A DNA stretch of 64,000 nucleotides from Zygnema circumcarinatum SAG 698-1b (GCA_037447605.1 CM074809.1:1168689-1232688); one strand, 5' to 3'; shown: positions 1 to 10,863, counted from the first letter of the stretch. Notes: generated by a model not told the origin, from the letters alone. Program-made: numbers and translations.

Positions 1-95
1 CGAGATTTTTACAGTTCTATTATCGTAGGGAAAGTTAAAGTAAGGACCTCTACGATTTTTTTGCTAAGGCTTCCATTGTGGCCGGGCTTGTGCAG

Positions 96-1902
96 AAAAG
101 GTTGAAATTAGATTTCCGTGGCAGTGTGAGGATGAGCCAACCATTGGCATCAGCACTGGAACGCCTTCTGGAGCCAATCATTGAGGACCGTTTCCAGGTA
201 TTCAGTACTGTAGTTGCTGCTCCTAATCTGCTTCACTCCCCTCCCAAGTATTGGGCTTTCTCTTGCTTTGCAAAGCCATTCCAGATTAAATTTATGTGCT
301 ACCCCCATTTCTCGACAGCACCTCAGCTCTTCCAAAATTTTGCTCCTTATACCTCATTTTTTTTTCTCATCTACGCTCATACTTGTGTGGGTGACAGTCA
401 GCAGCACAGGCAACGGAGGCTCTCAAAGAAATACTTGTTGGCAAAATTGCCGGTGGTGAAGTTCAGAGAAGTGAGCCCATATTTGAACTCGGTCGAGTAA
501 AGCGACCGACGGGAACAAAAGTGGTGAGAACTGCAGGCATTAATGTATTTGTTAACTTCGCCCTGTCTTCTTGCACATGGACTTTAGCCGTTGACTGAAA
601 CCACTCAGTCAGTTTATGGTTCAGATGATGGAGAAGAACAATGCGGAGCTGCTTATCAGCATTCCTCCACGAGGACTCACAGCGGAGACTGTAGGAAGTG
701 GGACATTTGCAGTGGTGGGTTGGCCCTCTTGCCAGTCAGTAAATATGCTAATGTCCTAAAAAACCAAAATTCCCCTTCCACTCACTGCATGTGTTTCCCA
801 TAGCAGATACTTAGTGCTGAACTTCTTTCTTAAACAACCCCAATAAGCTGTCCACTGGATGCAGGCATTCTCTCTGATTCGACCACAGTTGAGCCTTTGA
901 GATTGATTGTTTTGCATCTTGTGCTGTTTGATGTTCAGGCATGGACTTCATTTGTTGGGTTTTGGACCGCTAGTGCTTTCACTGCGGGAGCTCCGCTTCT
1001 CTTCACTGCTTTCTCAATCCCGTTTTGGGCTGTGGGTGGCGGGTACAAAGCCTTACCTTCTTTGCTTGTTCTGAATTTAGACACTCCATTGAAGCCTGTG
1101 CATGAAAGATAAACTTCGTCTATACACATAAGCTTTGGGTTTCATTCGTTAGGGCAACACAGCTCACACTACTGCATTTGGGAAATGACATGCGGGCAAT
1201 TTTTCTTGACTATGATAGCCAATGGTAAGATTTGATTCTAGTTCGAACTGCGGTCTTCTCCTGACTATGCCACGTTACCAATTGCAGATTACTTCGTCAG
1301 GTTGTAAGCAATATAGCTGTTTCGGTTGACATGCGGATTGAAAAGAACGGCCGGTTCAGCATCGACTGGCATCTCGGAAGTATTTGGAAGCACAGGGTGG
1401 AGGGGCGAACCAGTGACATCAGCAGTGTACGCGTACTATCGACCGGGGTATTCCTCTCTCTCTCTCTCACTCCCTTACCATTTCGTTCTGTTGCAGATAG
1501 ATGTGGTGGGATTCCATTCTTTTTGCCGAATGCCGGATGTGCTGCATCTGTTTTAAAAACGTTCTTGACCTCCACTTCCTCTCGTTCGCAGTGATTCCTC
1601 CGTCTGCTTCGTTCCCCTCCATCCTGTGGTCTCTGCCTCTCCATAGCCTCCTCTTTTCTGTTTTCATCAGTTTCTCGTATGTGATGTTTGCTTCTTCTCT
1701 ATGGCTGTCTCCACAGACGGAGAATGGGCGACCCATCACTGTATGCGAGGTCCTTGAGGGCGTGCGCAGTCACTTATTTGGAGGAGGACTGCTCCTTGTT
1801 GAAGAGGAGTGGCTTGTCAGTGAACTCGCCGCCTTCCTCGGTTTACCTTTCGAGCCCTTCACTCCTCCAAGGATCGTGCGTTCGTCTATGGATGATTGGT
1901 GA
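96..1902 (+). CDS. 3' portion (multi-exon, 5' end outside window) of a cyanobacterial-type Ser/Thr protein kinase with a C-terminal membrane domain
   Basis: Exons spliced by hand at GT/AG: 96-197 KRLKLDFRGSVRMSQPLASALERLLEPIIEDRFQ, then SAAQATEALKE..KRPTGTKV, then NNAELLISIPPRGLTAETVGSGTFAV, then AWTSFVGFWTASAFTAGAPLLFTAFSIPFWAVGG (hydrophobic), and a last exon ..EEEWLVSELAAFLGLPF..DDW* ending at 1902. The 'LERLLEP..DRFQSA.EAL' segment resembles a kinase subdomain XI tail. The following modules resemble the C-terminal part of cyanobacterial Pkn2-type kinases (from memory). The catalytic core is not in the window. Confidence 0.55.
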
Positions 1903-2249
1903 GAGGACAAGTTTGTAAATTTTTCAGGGCCGCTAAAATTTGTCTTGTAAATAGCCATTTCCAGTGCCTGTATAGTTTATTTGCCTCTACAAAATATGCT
2001 CAGACAGCTTTTGTAGATGTTGTGAATGGAGAAATAGTATTGTGGTGGTTTGTACAGTTCGGTCGGCTGGCCGGTTAGGGTACTTATTTCAGTACAGTTT
2101 TATTTTCCGCCGGTAGTTGAAGCACGGTAAAGAATTGCTCTGGGTTGGGCTTATGATGAGAGCTGAGTGATGTCATATGTATATTTCTGTCCTCATTGAC
2201 CTTGTCTCCTTTCCCCCATATAGAGAAGGGAATGGGAGAGGGGAAATGT

Positions 2250-2504
2250 CATTGGTCTCACGATGGCGAGGCCAGCAAATGTACATGCATAAAATCAACA
2301 TGGGGAACCACGAGGAATCGGTCACAAAGGACCTATGTGCAAAAGGAAAATGCCAAAAATTGGAAATCTACTCCTAGGCTCAAAAGCAGGGGAATGGAGC
2401 AGGGAATGGAGTTGATCTCACGCATGGCCATGATGCTATCACATGGGCATGTACAAAGCCAACATGGAGAACCACCAGGAGCCGATCGCTCCTCGTGGTT
2501 CTCC
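2250..2504 (+). repeat. Two tandem copies (2250-2335, 2412-2482) of a dispersed ~85 bp repeat; the second ends in a 17-bp hairpin (2466-2504)
   Basis: Shared motif CATTGRTCTCACGATGG..CAAATGTACATG..AAAATCAACATGGGGAACCACGAGGAA. Further copies lie on the minus strand at 35933-36021 and 57777-57851. Confidence 0.7.
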
Positions 2505-2940
2505 TCGCTCTCCTTGCTGCAGCCGTTGTCCTGTTGAGCCACCGTCCTAGAGGCAACAACAAGGGAGTAAAAACAGTCCTTCTTTCATTTCTAATTTCAG
2601 TTCTCATTTGAGTGTCTGTTTTTGAGACTAAACCCATAATTTTGGATGTTATGATTTGGAATTTAGTTGGTGAGAAGGTTTTGAACCATGACGGATTTTA
2701 AAAAGCGATGTTTGGAGTGATCCATGGTATTGTCGATGGAAATGAGCTGGAGAGTTTGGTTGGGATGTACAAGGCTCGGGTCATTGGATGAGTAAAAAAC
2801 GGAGGAGAAAGCCTCCTGCCTAAAACTCCTTTATAACAAGCTTCCCAACTCAAGCCCCCATAAGCCTAAGCCACGCCTCAAACTGCCATGGCCTGCCACA
2901 CACATAAAGAAGGTTACTAACTGTCACACCCACTCCTCAC

Positions 2941-3243
2941 TATATAATGTGGGGCTCCTTGCCTCAAATCACGGCACACCCTGCCGAATGCCGGACCATG
3001 CATGCGACAACTTTATTCAACAATCCTTATCTAACTTATCTAACTAGTTTGTGTTTGACTTCGTCCATGCACGTTTGATGGTTCATCATCGCCATCGTGC
3101 CACATCCTCTCTCCTTCGTGTCGTGCCATGCACAGTAATGCCCATGCCGCCGTCCTAGCCCTAGTGACCATGCATGCACTCTAGCGCACATGCCGCCGTC
3201 CTAACCATCCATGCATACATGCCTCCATCCATCCATGCATGCA
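2941..3243 (+). promoter_or_regulatory. Putative promoter of the RLR-CTD-like gene: TATA box (TATATAA 2941-2947) followed by a cluster of RY (CATGCA) motifs
   Basis: TATATAA at 2941. CATGCA at 2997, 3066, 3127, 3169, 3173, 3210, 3234 and 3238. Confidence 0.4.
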
Positions 3244-3427
3244 AGCACTCATGGCCACGGCGATCGGCGCCTCGCTGGCCCGCGAAAGCGACAGCGAGCG
3301 TTGCGTTTCGTTGCGTGCCGCCGGGAACGCGAGAGCGTGCGGCCAACACATGAGAGGATGGGGGAGGAAGTGTTTCCTCTCAAGAGCCGTCCCTACGCTC
3401 TCGCCTCCTCGCGGTGCGCGGGCAGCC

Positions 3428-3790
3428 ATGGCGGACGCCTACTGCAAGAGCTGCGGAGGCGTGATCTGCTCGTCCTCTCTCCTCTGCTTCTACAAGCAGC
3501 CCGATCCGGCGGTGAATTCATGGCACCTCGCAGTGAAACCGGAGGTGCAGTTCAGCGTTGCATCAACAATTTCTGTGGGGCCTAATCCGGACCCGATCAG
3601 TTCAATCTACAATCCCGGCAAGCTGTTCTGCAAGCTCTGCGGGGCGGACGTGGGAAACGTGAGCAAGATCAGCTCCAATGAGGAGGAGTGGTATTGCTTT
3701 GGGTGCCGCAAGGTGAACCTCGGAGGTGCTCCGAGTCCGCACTGGCGCAAAGTGGCGTGGTTGTACCCTGAAATTGAGAGAATACTTTAG
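3428..3790 (+). CDS. Intronless 120-aa zinc-binding beta-tent protein most similar to the RIG-I-like receptor C-terminal (RLR CTR) domain; Mis18/Yippee fold is the alternative
   Basis: Start context gccATGG. Sequence: CKSC-GGVICSSSLL..WHLAVKPE..YNPGKLFCKLCGADVG..WYCFG..HWRKV. The two CxxC pairs, the His after the first pair and the terminal W-x-x-V follow the RLR CTR pattern as I recall it. Confidence 0.65.
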   Translation: MADAYCKSCGGVICSSSLLCFYKQPDPAVNSWHLAVKPEVQFSVASTISVGPNPDPISSIYNPGKLFCKLCGADVGNVSKISSNEEEWYCFGCRKVNLGGAPSPHWRKVAWLYPEIERIL

Positions 3791-4365
3791 CATTCGGTGG
3801 AGGAGCTGCCTGAAAGGATTTGAGGTCAGTGAGGTCATATTAGAATGAGTGGATGGCAGGTCGGTGCAAGCAGAGGGGTCAGAGCGTGAGCATTACGCGT
3901 CTAGGGTTTGTAAAGTAACGATAGGGGCTGAGCTTCCTCGAGTACGAGGAGTGGGCTTTCGTGAGCCTGTACAAAATGTACATGAACCTTTTTGTTGCCT
4001 TCGCTGGAGAGACTTGTGAATAGAGCATCATGTGAAGCAATGAAAAGACATAGAAAAGCAAATGGAGCAGTCGATGCATTCATGGGCGTGGCCTCGTTTG
4101 TCACCCTCATGTCCTCCCCTTTGTACTCAAAACACCAAAGTTTATTGCTTTCATCACACCTCCCACACGAAAGCAGCAAAAAGAGGATCTCCACCATCAT
4201 TTGCAATTCTTCTTCTGCTCAGAGATGTATATGTGAAAGGTTCTGACGGTTCCATTATACACGAGTTGCCCAAATGGTACAGCTTAGGGCAATTTCTCAA
4301 CCCATTTCACCTCACTGGAGCTAGAAACACAACACAACGACAACATATACACAACACCATCTCGT

Positions 4366-6625
4366 TCAGGTTTCCAGAATCTCCTTCACGCAGTTGCTGA
4401 TGAACTCCACATCCGCTGGGTTGCGCCCTCCACAGCTCGCATGGCCGTAGATGCCGGGGATGACTCGCAGCTCCGCATTCGGAATGAAACCTACTTCAAA
4501 TCTTTGATGTGCCACAGGGAAATAGAGGTCCAGTTCTGATCACCCCCCAAAAGCACCGACTCTCAGACCATTGCTGTTGCGTGGCCCAACCAGTAAATAA
4601 TCAATTAATTAATTAATTAAGTAAAGAAAAACTTTTCTTCGGTCTTTTTTAAAAACACAGCTTTACATTCCGGTTCTTCTTGCTTTATGGATCCATAACG
4701 TCCGCTCGGCTCACCTGCAGGCATAACAATAGCTTTCGCTTTAATTGAGGCAAGTGCTTTCTCCACACTTCCTTCATAGCCAGGCGTGAGCCCAACGTCC
4801 CCATGCTGCCATGTCCAGATCATAGCCAAAAGGTTGTTCGGGTCCTGATGGAGAAATTGGCCCTCATAAGCGACAGTAATCCAATCTTCCAAGCTTGTAA
4901 ACCCCAGTTTTCTCCACTCCTGCGGGGCACATACAGACAATCAAAACTTGATCAAATCACATCATCATCATTTTTTATTAAAGGTTTTTCCGACAGCTTA
5001 GTCCGCAAATGTGTTGATTATGTTTAGCTTTGATTTTGCGCTCCAGCAAAGACCAGTTCTCGACTTATGTCTCAACTCACTTCTTTCAGACAATCGTTCA
5101 TGTCTGTCAATACGACTTGCTTGCCGTCCATCCATTACTTTTCTTGTGATATTCCATCAAACTAGACATTCCTTGCCTTACTCGTGAAAGAAGGAGTTCT
5201 GAAACCTCCTTGACTGAACGGAGCTGGAGGGTGCTTGTCTGCTTTTTGAATTTGAAAAATGACTTACCTCCTGCCAATAAAACTCTTGGCTCATGCCCCA
5301 GCCGGCCCATACACGAGCCATGGCCCGAAGACCAGTTTCTGGTTTTTCATCATCCGAATACCACCCCCCCTTAAAGGCTGCATCCGCAGTCAAAGCCGCC
5401 TTCACTCCCTCCAAAAAAACCTGCTCATGCATGGGCAGAAGGTTCGAAACACTTTTTGAGTAGTAAGTACAAACACAATGGAAAAGCTGACGATACCTCC
5501 AGTGGTTGCATTGCCGCTTAGATGGAAACATTGAACAAACTGGCTCCAATAGCATGGAGGGCTGCAAAAGAAAGGAGAGGAAGATAAAGTGGACTAACAT
5601 AGTTGTGCGGACTTGTTTTTGCGGAACCGCACCATGGTGCAATACGCTGGACCATGTCAGGGTAGCTCACTGCCCATTGATAAGTTTGAAGGGCACCCAT
5701 GGATCCACCCAAAACCAAGGCCACTGCCTTCACACCAAATTTCTCGGTCACTAACTGGTGTTGAGCACGAACATTGTCGATGATGCGCACCTGCAGAGTC
5801 CGCAATACTGAGAAGACGTGAGTCAGGAGAAAATTGGAATGAGGGGTGGGGTGGGGTGGGGTGGGGTGGGGTGGTGTGGGACGGGCAGGTCGATCTAATC
5901 CCTTGACCCCTAAAGGGTGAGGAAAGGACAAAGTGTGAATTTGAACGGAAAAGAGCTTGCGGTGTAGTAGCGGAAAGACGGATATTGCACGATTTCGAGT
6001 TCAATACAGCATCTATTGTCCATGCATCATTACTTGGAGAGTCGCAGAATCTGCCACTTACAGGCGGGAAGCGCGCTTTATTGTAAGGCGGAGGGAAATT
6101 GCTCGGAGACGAGGATATGCCGTTGCCAAACATATTACACACAACAATAAAATACTTTGTTGTGTCCAAAGCCATGTTCGGGCCGATCATCCATTCTTCC
6201 TCATAATGCGGAGTGGCATACATTGTTGGATAAACGATTAAATTATCCTTCTTCTCGTTTAAGACGCCCCAGGCTTTGTATGCGAGGCGAGCCCCCCGCA
6301 GAGTTGCGCCTTCTGTGAGCGTAAAGTTCCCGAGGTCAAAGTACTCGCACTCCCTTTGCTCTTCTGCAAACCCGTGCATTCCGTCCTTCATCAATCACCC
6401 ACTCCTCTTTTCCCCTTGCAGAATTGCAGACCTTTGAAATTTGGAGAAGCTTCTTGTAGGGACGGAGGGCTTGCTTCGTTGAGTGTAAGAGCGCATATAT
6501 GAGGAATGTACTTTTGAAAGAGATATCGCAGAGGGGGGCAAACGAGAGAGCGCATCCTTCTCACCTGGAGTCTGCAGGCGGGGGTCGAACAACAGCCCCT
6601 CCACTCTGCCCTGCGCGGCAGCCAT
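4366..6625 (-). CDS. Homoserine O-acetyltransferase-like (MetX-family) alpha/beta hydrolase, bacterial-type subfamily, 6 exons; in-frame upstream ATGs (to 6856) could add a transit peptide
   Basis: The spliced product contains FDLGNFTLTEGATLRGARLAYKAWGVLNEKKDNLIVYPT, NMFGNGISSSPSN, the nucleophile elbow GGSMG, CGSAKTSPHNYVFLEGVKAALTAD, the acid motif LDLYFP and the His motif IPGIYGH..GG. Stop at 4366-4368. All introns have GT..AG ends. Confidence 0.85.
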
Positions 6626-6669
6626 GGCTCTCCCTTGCTGAAGAGTGACCGGAGGAGTCCTGAAATCTT

Positions 6670-8631
6670 GCGCCACTGGAGTGAAAAAGGCGCCATCCCC
6701 CTGCCTCCTCCCTCGCAGAGCTTTCAGGCCAGGCCATGGCTGCCGAGCGAGGGACGCGACGACGGGCCGGGCGGGGAAGGGAAGGCGGGGACACATGCCA
6801 CAGTTACGTTCAGTCAGCGTGAGCGCATGGAGACAGTTAAGCGTTAAACCCTCCAACAGTCGTCCAAGCCCTCCGGAGTGTCCCTATTTGTTGCCAGCTA
6901 TTTGTCCATTCCTTTTAGTCAAACCAATTGACCAAGCTAACTGACTAGATCAGGCTAGAATCTATATATCCCTATCGTCTATATCCCTGATCCTTTTCGC
7001 TATTACCTTCCTGGAAGGGAATACCAACCGGGAGTTGAAGCGGAGATAGCCTTTTTGGACATCTCCATCCTCATAAATGTCAAATGGCAAATTTTTCTTT
7101 TATTGCTGCCTTTGCCAAATCGTAATACCATGCTGACTGGTTTATCTTTGACATTGACATTCCTAGATAACCTTCAATTGACTGTTGTATGCGGACTTTG
7201 GTGCGTACATCACCAGCATCCTGGACATGGGTTCCCCGTTCCACATAATTGAGCATCCGCTGTCTTTCGTCAGGAGTGATCTTGGAACAGTCCTTTATGA
7301 CGTGAGTCTGCGTGGTCCTGATTACCCCACTCAACAAACACGAACAAAATTTGCATTCACGGATCCAATGGGTCTTTGATCTTAGGAATTTCCTAGGATG
7401 TTTGGCACATTCCACTAAGGAGGTAGCGACAAAGATCTTGGCAGGAGGTCGTCCTATACTTGTCCTGGGGAGAAATTGACACTGCCTGTCACCACCGCAA
7501 CTTCTGTTGTTCTTGTCGTTGTCATTCCCCTCCCCTCCCGCTTCCTCCATCTCCTCCTCCACCTCCTCGTCCCTCTCAGCATAGTCAATGTCGTCATCGT
7601 CTTCTTGTGCCTGCCTCGAGCCTCCTCCGGTCCCCTCCATGATCCCCCCCGCCTCTCGGCGGCGAGCCCGAGCGCGAGCAGACAGAGTGAACCAGACGGA
7701 CGCATTTCGCAACGCCAACGCCAAAACGACCTAATTTTGGACCGTACGAGTACGGTCGTACGGTCGTACAATACGTACGATACGATACGATACAATACGA
7801 AACTATCCGATACGGTACTATCCGAACTAGCCGTACGAGCTGTAGTAGCCGTTACGGGCTCGAATTTAAACTCTCCGAATTTTCCCGCCCTTGCCGCCGC
7901 AAGAGGCCACCATAGTGTCAGTTGCCGCGATACGATACGGTACGATGCGGTACGATATACCAGCAAATGATACGATACGATACGATACGAACGAACCTAC
8001 ATGAACTCTAACATAATTCCGCTCGTCTATTGGTAACACAGACCTAATATTTGCCAAAAACGATATTTTCGCCTGATATTCGCTAAAACCAGGTGGAAAA
8101 TATGATGGGGTCCTAGTGTATATTCGTGGTCGGAAATGTACGGCATCCTTCCGGTTCCGTTGAGTTTAAGCCCGGTCCGGACCTCTACTCGCCAATTAAA
8201 ACCAGGAACGTACGATCCAATTGACATGACACGTGTACAAATCTCTACACGTGGCATTGGACAGTGGACAAGGCCCGACGCCGCGTGTGCAGCCGTTTAA
8301 CGGTCGATCTATGTTAGCGTGTTCTATGGAAATACGGGGGCAAGGCAGACGCAATTTTTAGGGTTTCGACCTTTTTTTTGTAAAATAAAATTTGCCCGAC
8401 GGAAAAAGGTGTGTATCGATTCCAAAGGTGTGAAGAAAGCATTTTCCCGTTTATGAACCTTTTTAAAATCTGCCTGGCGGAAAAGGCGTGTGTCGATCCA
8501 AAACAGTGGTGGATTTATCACTTTCGTTTTAAAACCCTAAAGTCCAACACAGTGTCCGGAGTACGGTGGCCAGAAGTCAATAGGGGGAGTCAGACCTTGA
8601 CCATCGCCCGCGGAATTGAACGATTCCGCCG
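6670..8631. repeat. Copy 1 of a ~1.96 kb near-identical tandem duplication
   Basis: Matches 8642-10609 (offset 1972, then 1978 after a 6-bp insertion GTGCCT in copy 2 at ~9623). The copies are separated by 10 N. Confidence 0.95.
6956..8010 (-). mobile_element. Truncated hAT-family DNA transposon (5' end with subterminal repeats plus N-terminal transposase fragment)
   Basis: The ORF from ~7640 contains a BED-type finger (HWIRECKFCSCLLSGVIRTTQTHVIKDC). A 1-bp frameshift near 7085 restores LPFDIYEDGDVQKGYLRFNSRLVFPSRKVI, which resembles the hAT 'LPF..VE....F......P..PSRKT' segment. Dense TACGA/TACGG subterminal repeats at 7744-7990. The outer end reads TAGAGTTC on the minus strand. No DDE core. 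Confidence 0.75.
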
Positions 8632-8641
8632 NNNNNNNNNN
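8632..8641. other. Assembly gap (10 N)
   Basis: Run of n exactly at the junction of the two duplicated copies. Confidence 1.
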
Positions 8642-10609
8642 GCGCCACTGGAGTGAAAAAGGCGCCATCCCCCTGCCTCCTCCCTCGCAGAGCTTTCAGG
8701 CCAGGCCATGGCTGCCGAGCGAGGGACGCGACGACGGGCCGGGCGGGGAAGGGAAGGCGGGGACACATGCCACAGTTACGTTCAGTCAGCGTGAGCGCAT
8801 GGAGACAGTTAAGCGTTAAACCCTCCAACAGTCGTCCAAGCCCTCCGGAGTGTCCCTATTTGTTGCCAGCTATTTGTCCATTCCTTTTAGTCAAACCAAT
8901 TGACCAAGCTAACTGACTAGATCAGGCTAGAATCTATATATCCCTATCGTCTATATCCCTGATCCTTTTCGCTATTACCTTCCTGGAAGGGAATACCAAC
9001 CGGGAGTTGAAGCGGAGATAGCCTTTTTGGACATCTCCATCCTCATAAATGTCAAATGGCAAATTTTTCTTTTATTGCTGCCTTTGCCAAATCGTAATAC
9101 CATGCTGACTGGTTTATCTTTGACATTGACATTCCTAGATAACCTTCAATTGACTGTTGTATGCGGACTTTGGTGCGTACATCACCAGCATCCTGGACAT
9201 GGGTTCCCCGTTCCACATAATTGAGCATCCGCTGTCTTTCGTCAGGAGTGATCTTGGAACAGTCCTTTATGACGTGAGTCTGCGTGGTCCTGATTACCCC
9301 ACTCAACAAACACGAACAAAATTTGCATTCACGGATCCAATGGGTCTTTGATCTTAGGAATTTCCTAGGATGTTTGGCACATTCCACTAAGGAGGTAGCG
9401 ACAAAGATCTTGGCAGGAGGTCGTCCTATACTTGTCCTGGGGAGAAATTGACACTGCCTGTCACCACCGCAACTTCTGTTGTTCTTGTCGTTGTCATTCC
9501 CCTCCCCTCCCGCTTCCTCCATCTCCTCCTCCACCTCCTCGTCCCTCTCAGCATAGTCAATGTCGTCATCGTCTTCTTGTGCCTGCCTCGAGCCTCCTCC
9601 GGTCCCCTCCATGATCCCCCCCGTGCCTGCCTCTCGGCGGCGAGCCCGAGCGCGAGCAGACAGAGTGAACCAGACGGACGCATTTCGCAACGCCAACGCC
9701 AAAACGACCTAATTTTGGACCGTACGAGTACGGTCGTACGGTCGTACAATACGTACGATACGATACGATACAATACGAAACTATCCGATACGGTACTATC
9801 CGAACTAGCCGTACGAGCTGTAGTAGCCGTTACGGGCTCGAATTTAAACTCTCCGAATTTTCCCGCCCTTGCCGCCGCAAGAGGCCACCATAGTGTCAGT
9901 TGCCGCGATACGATACGGTACGATGCGGTACGATATACCAGCAAATGATACGATACGATACGATACGAACGAACCTACATGAACTCTAACATAATTCCGC
10001 TCGTCTATTGGTAACACAGACCTAATATTTGCCAAAAACGATATTTTCGCCTGATATTCGCTAAAACCAGGTGGAAAATATGATGGGGTCCTAGTGTATA
10101 TTCGTGGTCGGAAATGTACGGCATCCTTCCGGTTCCGTTGAGTTTAAGCCCGGTCCGGACCTCTACTCGCCAATTAAAACCAGGAACGTACGATCCAATT
10201 GACATGACACGTGTACAAATCTCTACACGTGGCATTGGACAGTGGACAAGGCCCGACGCCGCGTGTGCAGCCGTTTAACGGTCGATCTATGTTAGCGTGT
10301 TCTATGGAAATACGGGGGCAAGGCAGACGCAATTTTTAGGGTTTCGACCTTTTTTTTGTAAAATAAAATTTGCCCGACGGAAAAAGGTGTGTATCGATTC
10401 CAAAGGTGTGAAGAAAGCATTTTCCCGTTTATGAACCTTTTTAAAATCTGCCTGGCGGAAAAGGCGTGTGTCGATCCAAAACAGTGGTGGATTTATCACT
10501 TTCGTTTTAAAACCCTAAAGTCCAACACAGTGTCCGGAGTACGGTGGCCAGAAGTCAATAGGGGGAGTCAGACCTTGACCATCGCCCGCGGAATTGAACG
10601 ATTCCGCCG
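8642..10609. repeat. Copy 2 of the ~1.96 kb duplication
   Basis: See copy 1; the ORF track shows the same ORFs twice. Confidence 0.95.
8928..9988 (-). mobile_element. Duplicate of the truncated hAT element
   Basis: Same sequence within duplication copy 2 (ORF 9052-9702). Confidence 0.75.
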
Positions 10610-10835
10610 GCGGAAAGGTATTGATTTCGATTGCAGAATTCGGTTCGGAAACCGCGGCTCCCCCCGAACCTCTGTCCCGTCCGTACTTCGAAATAGGTTA
10701 CAAAAATGAGATACAGGCTCGGTGCCCGAGCCTGTCGAACGTCCACTTTTGGCGAAAAAGGCCTGCCGTACAACGCGGAATTGGCCCGACGGGCTCGCGG
10801 AATTGATTTGGCGCTGGTCAAGGTCTGACTCCCCC
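10561..10835. mobile_element. 275-bp MITE with perfect 21-bp terminal inverted repeats and TA flanks
   Basis: GGGGGAGTCAGACCTTGACCA (10561-10581) is the exact reverse complement of TGGTCAAGGTCTGACTCCCCC (10815-10835). TA lies at 10559-60 and 10836-37. CGCGGAATTG occurs three times internally. The left end is also present at 8583-8631, cut by the gap. Confidence 0.85.
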
Positions 10836-10863
10836 TAATGCCCAAACGGCGAATGAATTCGCC

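Noticed and set aside
2177-2377. Small peptide family (..MYMHKINMGNHEE..) also seen in ORFs 35879-36103 and 57768-57953
   Set aside because: The similarity follows from the shared DNA repeat, one copy is frameshifted and start positions are inconsistent. Treated as a non-coding repeat unless ribosome profiling says otherwise.
4366-6625. Bacterial contamination as the source of the MetX-like gene
   Set aside because: The gene is split by five canonical GT-AG introns and is contiguous with eukaryotic genes.
6956-8010. Complete hAT element with TIRs and 8-bp TSD
   Set aside because: The left end (TAGAATCT..) matches the right end (TAGAGTTC..) only weakly, the flanks GATCAGGC and ACATAATT differ, and the transposase frame runs right to the left break, indicating truncation.
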